The notes under the pieces were generated by a model that was given only the letters and a program-made list of their open reading frames with translations, did not search any database and was not told where the DNA came from. The translations under genes were made by a program, and so were the position numbers. This document shows positions 10,879-20,841 of a stretch of 64,000 bases of DNA, piece after piece (the first letter of the stretch is position 1; every line of letters starts with the position of its first letter). Source of the DNA: an uncultured Bacteroidota bacterium. GTDB lineage: Bacteria; Bacteroidota; Bacteroidia; Chitinophagales; Chitinophagaceae. The stretch covers positions 1,041-65,040 of the forward strand of contig CAIJXU010000089.1 of the NCBI GenBank assembly GCA_903824725.1, read 5' to 3'.

Positions 10879-11298
10879 TTATAAAATGTCTACACTCCAT
10901 GTAATTGCTGCTCCTGCTGCTCTTAAGGTGGCAGCCACTGAACAATATTTATCTATAGACAAAGCACATGCTTTTTCAGCTTTCTCCTTTGTCATAGAAC
11001 CTTTAAATTTAAAAACAATATGAATGGTTTTCCATAAGGCAGGTTCTTTTCCATCTTCGCGTTCCCCATCTATCACCATTTCAAATAAATCAATATACTC
11101 TTTTTGCTTATTGAATATCATTACAATATCTACACCACTGCAAGCACCTAATGCACTTAATAAAGTTTGCATTGGCCTAAGTCCAGTGCCATGGCCTCCT
11201 TGGTCAACAGGAATGTCCAACCTCATCGTATTATGGGCTTCATCCACAGCATTAAAAGCAAAGCCTTCATTTATTCTAGTCACTACCATTCTTGCCAT
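10879..11298 (-). CDS. OsmC/YhfA-family protein
   Basis: GLRPMQTLLSALGAC...KYCSV two-Cys motif. Likely start MARM at 11298. Confidence 0.85.
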   Translation of the reverse strand: MARMVVTRINEGFAFNAVDEAHNTMRLDIPVDQGGHGTGLRPMQTLLSALGACSGVDIVMIFNKQKEYIDLFEMVIDGEREDGKEPALWKTIHIVFKFKGSMTKEKAEKACALSIDKYCSVAATLRAAGAAITWSVDIL

Positions 11299-11394
11299 AA
11301 AATAATCATTGTTAGTTTTAAACGAAATATAAATTCTTAACTTTATGCAAATGTAATTCAAATAGGTAGTTACTTTGCAATAGAATCATAAAAA

Positions 11395-12417
11395 ATGGGT
11401 CCACAAGTATATCAATATAATCAGGCTTTTACATTAGAATGTGGGGTGAGCCTGCCTAAGCTAACCATTGCCTATCATACCTATGGTACTTATAGCCCAG
11501 GTAAGAAAGTGGCCTGGGTATGTCATGCACTTACCGCTAATTCAGATGCTGCCGATTGGTGGAAGGGGCTAGTAGGTGAGGGGGCCATGATTAATCCAAC
11601 AGAATATTATATTGTTTGTGCAAATATCATTGGTTCTTGTTACGGTTCTACTGGGCCATTAAGTGCTGAGACGATTGGGACCGATATCAGTTTTGATAAT
11701 TTCCCAACCTTGACTATTCGCGATATGGTGAAGGCGCATTTTTTATTAAGACAACATTTAGGTATTGATTTTATAGACCTTGTTTTAGGGGGAAGTATGG
11801 GTGGCTATCAAGCATTAGAATGGGCCATCATGGAACCCGATGTGATAAAAAAAATGTTTTTAATTGCTACATCACCTTCTGAAAGTGCTTGGGGTGTTGC
11901 AGTGCATACGGCACAACGATTAGCTATTGAGGCAGATTGTACTTGGAAAGAACCTACTCCCAATGCTGGAGCAAAAGGTTTAAAAGCGGCGCGTGCCATT
12001 GGTATGTTAACTTATCGCAATTATGGAATATATCAAGAAAAACAAACCGACGAGGATCCTGAGAAAATAGATAATTTTAAAGCGTCTTCTTATATAAATT
12101 ACCAAGGCGATAAATTAGTAAGCAGGTTTAATGCTTATAGTTATTGGTTATTGACAAAGTCAATGGATAGCCATCATTTAGCGCGTAAAAGAGGGGGCGA
12201 TTTAATTAAAACTTTAGGCACAATAAAAATACCCACTTTTATAATGGGGATTAAAAGCGATATTTTATGTCCATTGGATGAGCAAAGATTTATGGAACAA
12301 CATATGTCCAATGCTACTTTAGTCGCTATCGATTCTTTATATGGTCATGATGGGTTTATTATTGAAACCGTTCAAATTACAAAGTATTTAGGTGATTGGT
12401 TGAACAATCAATTATAA
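11395..12417 (+). CDS. metX: Homoserine O-acetyl/succinyltransferase
   Basis: CHALT, GSCYGSTGP, nucleophile GGSMGG, catalytic His in GHDGF. Confidence 0.92.
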   Translation: MGPQVYQYNQAFTLECGVSLPKLTIAYHTYGTYSPGKKVAWVCHALTANSDAADWWKGLVGEGAMINPTEYYIVCANIIGSCYGSTGPLSAETIGTDISFDNFPTLTIRDMVKAHFLLRQHLGIDFIDLVLGGSMGGYQALEWAIMEPDVIKKMFLIATSPSESAWGVAVHTAQRLAIEADCTWKEPTPNAGAKGLKAARAIGMLTYRNYGIYQEKQTDEDPEKIDNFKASSYINYQGDKLVSRFNAYSYWLLTKSMDSHHLARKRGGDLIKTLGTIKIPTFIMGIKSDILCPLDEQRFMEQHMSNATLVAIDSLYGHDGFIIETVQITKYLGDWLNNQL

Positions 12418-12432
12418 TTTAAAAACAATGAT

Positions 12433-12609
12433 ATGGGAATTTGGAATCAAATGGGGGAATATCTTTTTATAAAAAAAAGAGACCCCAATCAAGAAAGAAC
12501 CAAGTGGATGAAATACATGCATGGCATGAATCGTCTTTCCTTACTTATTTTTATTATTGGGTTATTGGTGATGCTTTTTAAGCTGCTGATTTTGCCTATG
12601 CTTAAATAA
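12433..12609 (+). CDS. Small single-TM protein (58 aa), DUF6728-like; absent from ORF track
   Basis: Translated by hand: MGIWNQMGEYLFIKKRDPNQERTKWMKYMHGMNRLSLLIFIIGLLVMLFKLLILPMLK*. The MHGxNRxS-plus-TM pattern resembles a conserved Bacteroidota small protein. Confidence 0.75.
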   Translation: MGIWNQMGEYLFIKKRDPNQERTKWMKYMHGMNRLSLLIFIIGLLVMLFKLLILPMLK

Positions 12610-12616
12610 AGAGGTA

Positions 12617-13729
12617 TTATTTTTTAAGTTCCTCCATAATAATATCAGCTGCTACTTCACTCGCGTTATTACCTGTTGTTAAAATATCTTTTAAGGTAGC
12701 ATAGTCGATTTTGATTTGTAATTGTTTGCTTTGATTGGATAACAAATCTTGTAATGCAGTCACTAAATTCTTTGGTGTTAAATTTTCTTGAATTAATTCC
12801 TTCACTACTTCCTTGTCCATGATCAAATTCACTAAAGCAATGAATTTTATTTTTATAAACCATTTGGCTAGGAAAAGTGTGACGGGGTTGCCTTTATAAC
12901 AAACTACTTCTGGCACATTTAATAGGGCTGTTTCAAGTGTAGCCGTTCCACTTGTGACCATTGCTGCCTTGCTATGATTTAATAAAGCGTAGGTATTGTT
13001 TTTTACTATATGCACATTGGGTGCATTACTAATTTGTGAAGCAAACCAATCGTCCGCTAAACCTGGAGCTTGCGCTACTGCAAATTGTTCATTCGGGAAA
13101 TCTTGCACCACAGATAACATCAAGGGAAGCATCTTTTCAATTTCTTGTTTTCTACTTCCTGGCAGTAATGCAATCATCTTTTGTTGTTGCAAAGCAGGTA
13201 GCGGATGGGGTAGAGATTGTTGGGTTGCTAATACTTGCATTAAAGGATGTCCAATATAATCGACGTCCCAATTCCAACGCTCTTTGAAATACTTTTTTTC
13301 AAAAGGTAGTATGCATAATAATCGGTCTATACTAGTGCGCATCTTGGGCACTCTATTTTCTTTCCAAGCCCAAACCTGAGGAGCTATAAAATAAATCACT
13401 TTATATTTTTGTTCTTTTGCCCAAGAAGCGATGCGTAAATTAAAACCAGGATAATCGATGCCTATAAATACATCAGGATTAAATTGCTCAATATCTTTTT
13501 TGCAAAATTGAATATTTTTTAAAATGGTTGGTAAATTTAAAACCACTTCGACCAATCCCATAAATGCCAATGAACGGTAATGCTTTACTAGATGGCCTCC
13601 TGCGGCTTGCATTAAGTCGCCACCCCAGCATTGAATAACAGCGTCTTTATCCTTTGCTTTAATTGCTTTGATCAAATTTGATCCATGTAAATCACCGCTG
13701 GCTTCTCCAGCTATAATATAATATCGCAT
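12617..13729 (-). CDS. lpxB: Lipid-A-disaccharide synthase
   Basis: IAGEASGDLHG, IDYPGFN, PQVWAW, LLPGSR, SGTATLE. Confidence 0.96.
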   Translation of the reverse strand: MRYYIIAGEASGDLHGSNLIKAIKAKDKDAVIQCWGGDLMQAAGGHLVKHYRSLAFMGLVEVVLNLPTILKNIQFCKKDIEQFNPDVFIGIDYPGFNLRIASWAKEQKYKVIYFIAPQVWAWKENRVPKMRTSIDRLLCILPFEKKYFKERWNWDVDYIGHPLMQVLATQQSLPHPLPALQQQKMIALLPGSRKQEIEKMLPLMLSVVQDFPNEQFAVAQAPGLADDWFASQISNAPNVHIVKNNTYALLNHSKAAMVTSGTATLETALLNVPEVVCYKGNPVTLFLAKWFIKIKFIALVNLIMDKEVVKELIQENLTPKNLVTALQDLLSNQSKQLQIKIDYATLKDILTTGNNASEVAADIIMEELKK

Positions 13730-14026
13730 TTATAAAAACCATTTACACGCAATGGCAACCAATGCGTAAATACAGGTGGTAAAAAAGATGCCTTTTGCAG
13801 TTCTATCTAATCGTTTTTGAAAAAATAAAGTTAATGCACCCCCATTTAATAACAAGGAAACACTAATCATGGCCGATAAAACTGATTTTTGTTGTATTAA
13901 TAAATCACCAAATTCAGTAAATGAAAAAACACTGAACTTCCATTCATAAAAAAAGAAAAATCCTAAAAAGGGTAGGGCTAATCCAAGCACCACACCTAAA
14001 ACATAATTGTCTTTTACCATTTCCAC
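13730..14026 (-). CDS. Hypothetical membrane protein (3 TM)
   Basis: Hydrophobic ORF overlapping the end of surE and abutting lpxB. Confidence 0.7.
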   Translation of the reverse strand: MEMVKDNYVLGVVLGLALPFLGFFFFYEWKFSVFSFTEFGDLLIQQKSVLSAMISVSLLLNGGALTLFFQKRLDRTAKGIFFTTCIYALVAIACKWFL

Positions 14027-14799
14027 TTTTTACTTAGTTTCTCTCTTAATACATGATTCGTTAAATCAAATTGAACAGGCACCACACTGACATAATTGTT
14101 TTTCAATGCCCACACATCGGTATCCTTGGATTTATCAAAGTTCACAAATTCGCCAGTGAGCCAATAATATTTTTTGCCATGTGGGTCGGTTCTTTCAATA
14201 AATTTTTCATCATACTTAGCATAGGACTGTTTGCAAATTTTAATTCCTTTAATAAGGGGGATGGCCACTTTTGGAATATTTACATTCAAGCAAAGATGTT
14301 TATCTAAATTTTTATCTGCAAGTAATTGCTTCACTATAATACGAGCATAATGTTGTGCCGCAGTGAAATCGGCTTCATTGCTTAAATCCAACAAACTAAA
14401 ACCAATACTAGGAATGCTTTCAATAGAAGCTTCTAAGGCAGCTGACATGGTGCCTGAGTATATCACATTAATAGAATGATTGGCGCCATGATTGATGCCA
14501 CTTAGGCAAATAGAAGGTTTGCGATGAAGTACTTTATCAACGGCTAACTTAACACAGTCAACAGGAGTGCCACTACAAGTGTAGGCTTCAACGCCATCCA
14601 CAATATGTGCTTTTTGTAATCTTAAATGATGTCCAAGTGTGATAGCGTGCCCCATACCACTTTGTGGTTTATCTGGTGCCACCACAATTACTTTTCCAAG
14701 GTCCTTCACTGCTTCCACCAATGCTTTAATGCCAGGAGCTAAAATACTATCGTCATTGGTAATTAAAATAACAGGTTTTTCTGCTTTGCTCTTTGCCAT
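14014..14799 (-). CDS. surE: 5'/3'-nucleotidase SurE
   Basis: ILITNDD, GTPVDCV, SGINHGAN, YSGTMSAA. Start reassigned to MAKSK at 14799. Confidence 0.95.
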   Translation of the reverse strand: MAKSKAEKPVILITNDDSILAPGIKALVEAVKDLGKVIVVAPDKPQSGMGHAITLGHHLRLQKAHIVDGVEAYTCSGTPVDCVKLAVDKVLHRKPSICLSGINHGANHSINVIYSGTMSAALEASIESIPSIGFSLLDLSNEADFTAAQHYARIIVKQLLADKNLDKHLCLNVNIPKVAIPLIKGIKICKQSYAKYDEKFIERTDPHGKKYYWLTGEFVNFDKSKDTDVWALKNNYVSVVPVQFDLTNHVLREKLSKKWKW

Positions 14800-14900
14800 A
14801 ATGCAAGTTACCAAGATAGGGGGTTGAAACAAAATAAAGAAAAGGGGGTCATACAATGTTAAAATAGAAGATGCGCAATTTTGAGATTGTTTAAAAAAAA

Positions 14901-14957
14901 TACTAAAATAATTTGGAAATACTAAATATATTAGTAAATTGCACTAAAATCATTAGT
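14901..14957 (+). promoter_or_regulatory. Three CTAA-N5-TTAG operator boxes overlapping the promoter of the LexA-like gene
   Basis: CTAA-aataa-TTTG (14903-14915, degenerate), CTAA-atata-TTAG (14922-14934), CTAA-aatca-TTAG (14944-14956). Promoter-like TTTG-N19-TAAATTGC at 14912-14942. Confidence 0.75.
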
Positions 14958-14958
14958 T

Positions 14959-15747
14959 ATGTCATACGCAGGAAAAAATTTAAAATACATCAGAAAGCAG
15001 CGCGAATGGACTCAAGAAGAAATGGCAAATCAACTTCAAATTAAGCGATCCTTGGTAGGGGCTTATGAGGAGGAGCGCGCCGAACCAAGGTTGGAAGTAC
15101 AAGAGGTCATCTGCGCTCTATTTAATATAAGTTTAGAGGAATTTTTATTTCAGGATCTATCCGAAACGGGGGGCTTGGCTTCTTCCAATAAGGGGGCTAA
15201 TCATTCTTATTTAGAGCGTCGTAGATCAATGAAATCAGATAAGTCGATCAGTCTTGCTTCTATCGTGACATTTGTGCCTGTAAAGGCCGCTGCAGGGTAT
15301 TTAGCTGGTTATGCGGATCCTGAATTCATTGACGAGTTAAACACCTTCACATTGCCTATGTTAGCGCCTGGGGATTATCGTGCTTTTGAGATTATTGGAG
15401 ATAGTATGCTACCTACCCCAAGTGGTAGTGTTATTGTGGGTGAAAAAGTGGATAATATGAAGGAAGTAAAAAATAGTAATACCTATATTGTCGTGTCAAA
15501 TTCAGACGGGGTTGTTTACAAGCGTGTCATCACCAATGATGAAGCAACGGAACGACTTACATTGCTGAGTGACAACCCGTTATACGAGCCATATCAAGTA
15601 AATACACAAGATATAGTAGAGATATGGAAGGCGGTATATATTATACAAAAAGCGGGAACCCAACCCATGTGGAATGTAGATCAATTGGCAGGAGTTGTCA
15701 ATAATTTACAAGACCAAATCACTCATATGAAGCGTAAGTTGAACTAG
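14959..15747 (+). CDS. XRE-HTH + S24 peptidase repressor (non-canonical Bacteroidota LexA-like)
   Basis: N-terminal HTH_3 (TQEEMANQLQIKRSLVGAYEE), Ala-Gly cleavage site AAGY, catalytic Ser in GDSM and Lys in VYKR, LLSDNP. Confidence 0.88.
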   Translation: MSYAGKNLKYIRKQREWTQEEMANQLQIKRSLVGAYEEERAEPRLEVQEVICALFNISLEEFLFQDLSETGGLASSNKGANHSYLERRRSMKSDKSISLASIVTFVPVKAAAGYLAGYADPEFIDELNTFTLPMLAPGDYRAFEIIGDSMLPTPSGSVIVGEKVDNMKEVKNSNTYIVVSNSDGVVYKRVITNDEATERLTLLSDNPLYEPYQVNTQDIVEIWKAVYIIQKAGTQPMWNVDQLAGVVNNLQDQITHMKRKLN

Positions 15748-15752
15748 GGGGT

Positions 15753-17288
15753 TTATTCCCACTCAATGGTTGCTGGAGGCTTACTGCTGATGTCATAAAC
15801 AACACGATTAATTCCCCTTACTTCATTGATGATGGAATTGCTCATATGTGCAAGGAACTCATAAGGCAAATGTGCCCAATCTGCGGTCATACCATCAACT
15901 GAGGTAACAGCTCTTAAGGCAACGGTGAATTCATAAGTCCTTTCATCACCCATCACACCAACACTTTTTACAGGCAAAAGAATGGTGCCTGCTTGCCATA
16001 CCTTATCGTACAATCCAAATTCTTTTAATCCATTCATATAGATAGCGTCTGCTCTCTGAAGAAGGTCAACTTTTTCAGCAGTGACTTCGCCTAATATACG
16101 AATAGCCAAACCAGGTCCTGGGAAAGGATGCCTCGCGATCATTGGAGCAGGTATTCCTAATTCAAGACCCACTTTTCTAACCTCATCTTTAAACAAACTC
16201 CTTAATGGTTCAACCAAACTAAGGTGTAAAGAGGCTGGTAAACCACCCACATTATGGTGAGATTTGATGGTTTGAGAAGGGCCATGTACACTTACGCTTT
16301 CAATTACGTCAGGATAAATTGTTCCTTGACCTAAAAACTTGGCTTCCAACATTTTAGAAGCCTCTATTTGAAATATATCTATAAATAGTTTTCCGATCAC
16401 TTTTCTCTTTTCTTCGGGCTCTGACTTGCCTGCTAAGCCATCATAAAAGAGTTGCTTGGCATCAATGCCTTTTACATTTAATCCAATGGCATTATAAGTG
16501 TCTAGCACTTGTTGAAACTCGTCCTTACGCAGTACGCCATTATCCACGAATATGCCATGTAGGCGATTCCCAATGGCCTTGTGAATTAGGGTCGCCGCAA
16601 CCGTACTATCTACCCCTCCACTTAGAGCCATGATCACATGTCCATCTCCAATTTGATTCTTTAGCTTTTGCACCGTTTCAGTAACAAAGGAAGCCGGTGT
16701 CCAATTTTGATGGCAACCACATATTTCAACTAAAAAGTTCTTGATCATTTTTTTACCCTCGGTCGAATGGTATACTTCAGGGTGAAATTGTAAGCCATGT
16801 AAACTATGTCCATTGTCCTCTTTTTTACGGAAGGCGGCTACCGGAATGCTGTCTGTGTCGGCTAAAAGCTCGAAGCTTTCAGGTAGTTGTGTAATAGAGT
16901 CGCTGTGGCTCATCCAAACCTGGCTAAGATCAGCAATATCCTTAAATAATATGTCCTGTTTTGCGATTCTTAGTTGTGCTCTTCCGTATTCGCGTTTATT
17001 TGATTTCTCCACCTTGCCTCCATAATTTTTAGCACTTAATTGGGCTCCATAACAAACGGTTAATAATGGGACTTTTTCTAATATGGCTTTGATATCAACA
17101 TTAGGGGCTTCCTCCTCATTCACACTGGCTGGGGAGCCGCTTAATATAACACCCTTTAAACTAGGGTCAAATTGAATGGCATGATGGAAGGGGGTGATTT
17201 CACAATATACATTGGCTTCTCGCACTGCTCTAGCAATAAGCTGTGTGTATTGGCTTCCAAAGTCGAGGATCAGGATTTTTTCAATCAT
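15753..17288 (-). CDS. guaA: GMP synthase (glutamine-hydrolysing)
   Basis: [42 protein letters not shown]. Confidence 0.98.
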   Translation of the reverse strand: MIEKILILDFGSQYTQLIARAVREANVYCEITPFHHAIQFDPSLKGVILSGSPASVNEEEAPNVDIKAILEKVPLLTVCYGAQLSAKNYGGKVEKSNKREYGRAQLRIAKQDILFKDIADLSQVWMSHSDSITQLPESFELLADTDSIPVAAFRKKEDNGHSLHGLQFHPEVYHSTEGKKMIKNFLVEICGCHQNWTPASFVTETVQKLKNQIGDGHVIMALSGGVDSTVAATLIHKAIGNRLHGIFVDNGVLRKDEFQQVLDTYNAIGLNVKGIDAKQLFYDGLAGKSEPEEKRKVIGKLFIDIFQIEASKMLEAKFLGQGTIYPDVIESVSVHGPSQTIKSHHNVGGLPASLHLSLVEPLRSLFKDEVRKVGLELGIPAPMIARHPFPGPGLAIRILGEVTAEKVDLLQRADAIYMNGLKEFGLYDKVWQAGTILLPVKSVGVMGDERTYEFTVALRAVTSVDGMTADWAHLPYEFLAHMSNSIINEVRGINRVVYDISSKPPATIEWE

Positions 17289-17303
17289 GCGACGAAGTTA
17301 AGT

Positions 17304-17336
17304 AAAAAAAATCCCCCCGAAAACTCGAGAGGATTT
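17304..17336 (-). terminator. Intrinsic terminator after rpsT
   Basis: Minus strand AAATCCTCTCGA-GTTT-TCGGGGGGATTT followed by a T run. Confidence 0.7.
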
Positions 17337-17371
17337 GAAGTGTATAAGTTTGTCCCGCTGAGCGGAGATAA

Positions 17372-17644
17372 TTACTTTTTCTTAACAGCTACAGCCTTCA
17401 CTGCAGTGTGTCTTGCTAACTTGCTCTTTAAATTAGCCGCTTTATTTTTGTGGATAATTCCACGCTTTGCTAATTTGTCAATTTGAGAGATGATATTAGG
17501 AAGCTGCTCATCGTAAGTTTTTTGCTCTTCAACTGTTTTTAACTCACGAATAGCGTTACGAGTTGTTTTACCGTAATAACGGTTTCTATCGCGACGTTTT
17601 GTTGCTTGTCTTACATCTTTTTTGGTAGCCGAATGATTTGCCAT
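17372..17644 (-). CDS. rpsT: 30S ribosomal protein S20
   Basis: MANHSATKKDVRQ, IDKLAKRGIIHKNKAANLKSKL. Promoter -7 element TACCTTTG upstream. Confidence 0.97.
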   Translation of the reverse strand: MANHSATKKDVRQATKRRDRNRYYGKTTRNAIRELKTVEEQKTYDEQLPNIISQIDKLAKRGIIHKNKAANLKSKLARHTAVKAVAVKKK

Positions 17645-17924
17645 GTACTATATTAATTTTCAGGAGGGCAAAGGTAAGGTACTTAAACAAATAATTAAAA
17701 TTAAAATAGAAAAAAAATAAAAATGAATATAATTCAATGGTAATCAATATGTTATATATGTGTCAACTGCGGCATCTTTTCCTTTTTTAAGGAGGATATT
17801 TTCCTATCGTAAAGGAGTGTAAAAAATCAGGTAAAACAAGGTAAAAATACCTCCCTTAAATACATGTGGAGGAGGTATTCATTTATCCTCTACTTTTGGG
17901 GTCCTGCATTAGCATGGCTTATTT

Positions 17925-18926
17925 ATGCACCAACAGATTCACCAACAAATAGCGGATACATTATTGGACAATTACCAAGGCCAGGAGCCGTTGGCCAATT
18001 ATTTAAAAAAGTATTTTTCAGCCAATAAAAAACATGGAAGTAGAGATCGAAAAAGTATCTCTGCTTTTTGTTACGCGCATTTTAGACAAGCAGCTATTGA
18101 ATTTCCATTGGTACAATATATTTCCAAGGAACTTAATCTAGCTTTGTTTTTGGCATCTCACACGGAGCAACCTTTATTATTTATTCGGATACGTCCTTGG
18201 CAAAGAGATAAAGTAATTCAAAAATTACAAACGGCACAAATTTCATTTCAAGAAATAGGACCCACCACTTTGGCTTTTGCTAATACCACTTCATTGCAAA
18301 ATATTTTAGAATTAAATAAAGAAGCCGTCATTCAGGATCTTAATTCACAAGCATTGTCTTCCTTATTGGCACTTGTGCCCACAAGTATAGATCATGTTTT
18401 AAATGTTTGGGATGCCTGTGCGGCAAGTGGAGGCAAATCCATTTTAATGTTTGATTACTTAGATAATATTAAAATTCATGTTTCAGATATCAGAGAATCC
18501 ATTTTACATAATTGTGAAAAACGATTAGCCGAAGCAGGTATCAGGCCCGCCTCAGTTCAATTGGTAGATTTGATTTATCCATTTGAAATAAAAAAACAAT
18601 TTGATTTTATATTCGCGGATGTGCCTTGTTCAGGCAGTGGTACCTGGGGTAGAACACCCGAACAATTAAGGTATTTTAAGCCCGAACAACTTGAAACGTA
18701 TACGCAACTACAAGAAAAAATTATTGAAAATTTAATTCCAGCAGTAAAATTACAAGGCTATTTATTGTTTGCTACTTGCTCGGTGTATGAAAATGAAAAT
18801 GAAAAAAATATAGCTTACTTATTAGCGACAGGAAAATTTAAATTAATACAGCAGCAATATTTTATAGGATATGATAAGCATGCCGACACTTTATTTGGCG
18901 CATTGCTTCAAAAAATTGCTGACTAA
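17925..18926 (+). CDS. RsmB/NOP2 (Fmu/Sun) RNA m5C methyltransferase
   Basis: KKHGSRDRK, WDACAASGGKS, DVPCSGSGTW, ATCSV. Confidence 0.88.
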   Translation: MHQQIHQQIADTLLDNYQGQEPLANYLKKYFSANKKHGSRDRKSISAFCYAHFRQAAIEFPLVQYISKELNLALFLASHTEQPLLFIRIRPWQRDKVIQKLQTAQISFQEIGPTTLAFANTTSLQNILELNKEAVIQDLNSQALSSLLALVPTSIDHVLNVWDACAASGGKSILMFDYLDNIKIHVSDIRESILHNCEKRLAEAGIRPASVQLVDLIYPFEIKKQFDFIFADVPCSGSGTWGRTPEQLRYFKPEQLETYTQLQEKIIENLIPAVKLQGYLLFATCSVYENENEKNIAYLLATGKFKLIQQQYFIGYDKHADTLFGALLQKIAD

Positions 18927-18934
18927 CCTTTCGA

Positions 18935-20059
18935 TTATGCTTGCATTGAAAAAGGAGTATTCAATTGTCCGCTTTGAATAATACCGCCCGCAACCACATC
19001 ATCCCCTTCATAAAATACAGCACTTTGCCCAGGGGCGATACTCTTTACATTTTCATAAAATTTGGCTTGCACTCCCATATCTGTATTGGATAAAGTACAT
19101 AATGCACCAGCATCGTGGTATCTTATTTTAGCCATCAAGTCCATTGATGTTTCTAGATGGTCGTATTTTATCCAATTGAGTTTAGAAACCAACATGTCGT
19201 TTTGATCTAATTCAGATTCGTCACCGAGTACGACAATATTTTTTGCAGGATCAATGGAGATAACATAAGTGGGTTTACCTAAAGCAATTTCTAATCCCTT
19301 TCTTTGTCCTATTGTATAAAAGGGGTAGCCCTTATGCTTTCCTAATTTTTTTCCTTTGGAGTCCATAAACCATCCACCATTCACTCTTTCTTCTAAACCA
19401 TCTACGCGTCTTTTTAAAAATCCTCGGTAGTCATTATCTGGAACAAAGCAAATTTCGTAACTCTCACTTTTTTTAGCCAATTCAGGATAACCCATGTCAA
19501 TGGCCATTTGTTTGATGTCTTTTTTGTGCATACCACCTAATGGCAAAATGGTTCGTTTTAATAAGTCTTGATCCACGCCCCATAAAACATAACTCTGGTC
19601 CTTGGTTTCATCTAAACCTTTAGAAATCACATACCTGCCATTGGTGTGTTGCCTCACTTTGGCGTAATGACCTGTTGCTATAAATTCACAATCCAATGCG
19701 TCAGCGCGTTTTAATAATGCCCTCCATTTGATATGCGTGTTGCACATGACACAAGGATTGGGAGTACGCCCTGCTAAATATTCTGAAACAAAATCTTCAA
19801 TTACAAAATCGCCAAATTCATCTCTAATATCTAAAATATAATGGGGAAAGCCATTGTTCACAGCGGCCATGCGCGCATCGTTAAAGGAGTCAATATTACA
19901 ACATCCTGTTTCCTTCCCATTGGTGTTACTTGTTGAATAATCCCAGGTTTTCATCGTAATGCCGATGACTTCATAACCCTCGTTGTGTAGTAAAAGTGCT
20001 GCAACGGTGCTGTCTATGCCGCCACTCATGGCGACTAATACTTTTCCTTTTTTACTCAT
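18935..20059 (-). CDS. mnmA: tRNA 2-thiouridylase
   Basis: AMSGGIDS, GRTPNPCVMCN, ATGHYA, KDQSY, YTIGQRKG, APGQSAVFY. Confidence 0.97.
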   Translation of the reverse strand: MSKKGKVLVAMSGGIDSTVAALLLHNEGYEVIGITMKTWDYSTSNTNGKETGCCNIDSFNDARMAAVNNGFPHYILDIRDEFGDFVIEDFVSEYLAGRTPNPCVMCNTHIKWRALLKRADALDCEFIATGHYAKVRQHTNGRYVISKGLDETKDQSYVLWGVDQDLLKRTILPLGGMHKKDIKQMAIDMGYPELAKKSESYEICFVPDNDYRGFLKRRVDGLEERVNGGWFMDSKGKKLGKHKGYPFYTIGQRKGLEIALGKPTYVISIDPAKNIVVLGDESELDQNDMLVSKLNWIKYDHLETSMDLMAKIRYHDAGALCTLSNTDMGVQAKFYENVKSIAPGQSAVFYEGDDVVAGGIIQSGQLNTPFSMQA

Positions 20060-20208
20060 ATTGATTGGCCAGTTAAATGTTGGCTTAGCACAAAAGTAAC
20101 TTTTCCTACGATACTTTAACTTTTTGATATAAAAGCGGGTGCTAATTTTAATGTCGAAAAACGAAAAATTGCTATCTTCACCTCCTACAACGATAAAATA
20201 ATAATAAT

Positions 20209-20637
20209 ATGATAAAACTACAAGTCATCGGAAATTTAGGCAAGGACGCCTTAGTCAACAATGTAAATGGCAAAACGGTCATCAATTTTAATGTAGCACA
20301 TACTGAGCGTTATAAAGATGCGCAAGGAAATCAAAAAGATCGTACTACATGGGTAGATTGTTCTTATTGGACAGATCGAACTGCTGTAGCCCCTTATTTG
20401 AAAAAGGGAACACAAGTATATGTTGAAGGAACTCCAGATGTAAGATCTTACACGACCACAGATGGACGTAATGGTGCTTCATTAACACTTCGTATTGCAT
20501 CAGTTCAATTATTGGGAGCTAAACCTTCTGGATCTAATCAAGGTGGAGGCTCAGAACAATCAGGTGAATCGCAGTCTACAGGTGATCAAAATACGACTAG
20601 TTCTGATGCTACTTCAATGGACGATTTGCCATTCTAA
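20209..20637 (+). CDS. ssb: Single-stranded DNA-binding protein
   Basis: IGNLGKD OB fold, YLKKGTQVYVEG, acidic tail DDLPF. Confidence 0.96.
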   Translation: MIKLQVIGNLGKDALVNNVNGKTVINFNVAHTERYKDAQGNQKDRTTWVDCSYWTDRTAVAPYLKKGTQVYVEGTPDVRSYTTTDGRNGASLTLRIASVQLLGAKPSGSNQGGGSEQSGESQSTGDQNTTSSDATSMDDLPF

Positions 20638-20665
20638 TGTAATAAATTCAATGGCCATAGATATC

Positions 20666-20698
20666 AAAAAAGGTATACAGATTGTATACCTTTTTTTT
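20666..20698 (+). terminator. Intrinsic terminator after ssb
   Basis: AAAAAAGGTATACA-GAT-TGTATACCTTTTTTTT. Confidence 0.8.
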
Positions 20699-20841
20699 GT
20701 TGTAGTAAGGCTAACATATGTTTGGTAACAATAGATGATTATTTTGACTTTCATTAAATAATTTCCATTAATTCAATTGAAATTCAATTCACCTATTTAC
20801 CTTTGCCGATACTAAAATGTTTTAACTAAAACTATTGAGTC

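Noticed and set aside
11299-11394. SAM riboswitch between osmC/metZ and metX
   Set aside because: The region is under 100 bp, AT-rich and filled by two divergent promoter-like elements; no SAM-I/II consensus visible.
14959-15747. CI-like repressor as a prophage marker
   Set aside because: Flanked by surE and guaA with no phage genes; better explained as a chromosomal LexA-like regulator.
17847-17879. AATACCTCC...GGAGGTATT inverted repeat upstream of the RsmB-like gene
   Set aside because: A 9-bp stem with a long loop and no second copy; the GGAGG is too far from the ATG to be an SD, so no function can be supported.
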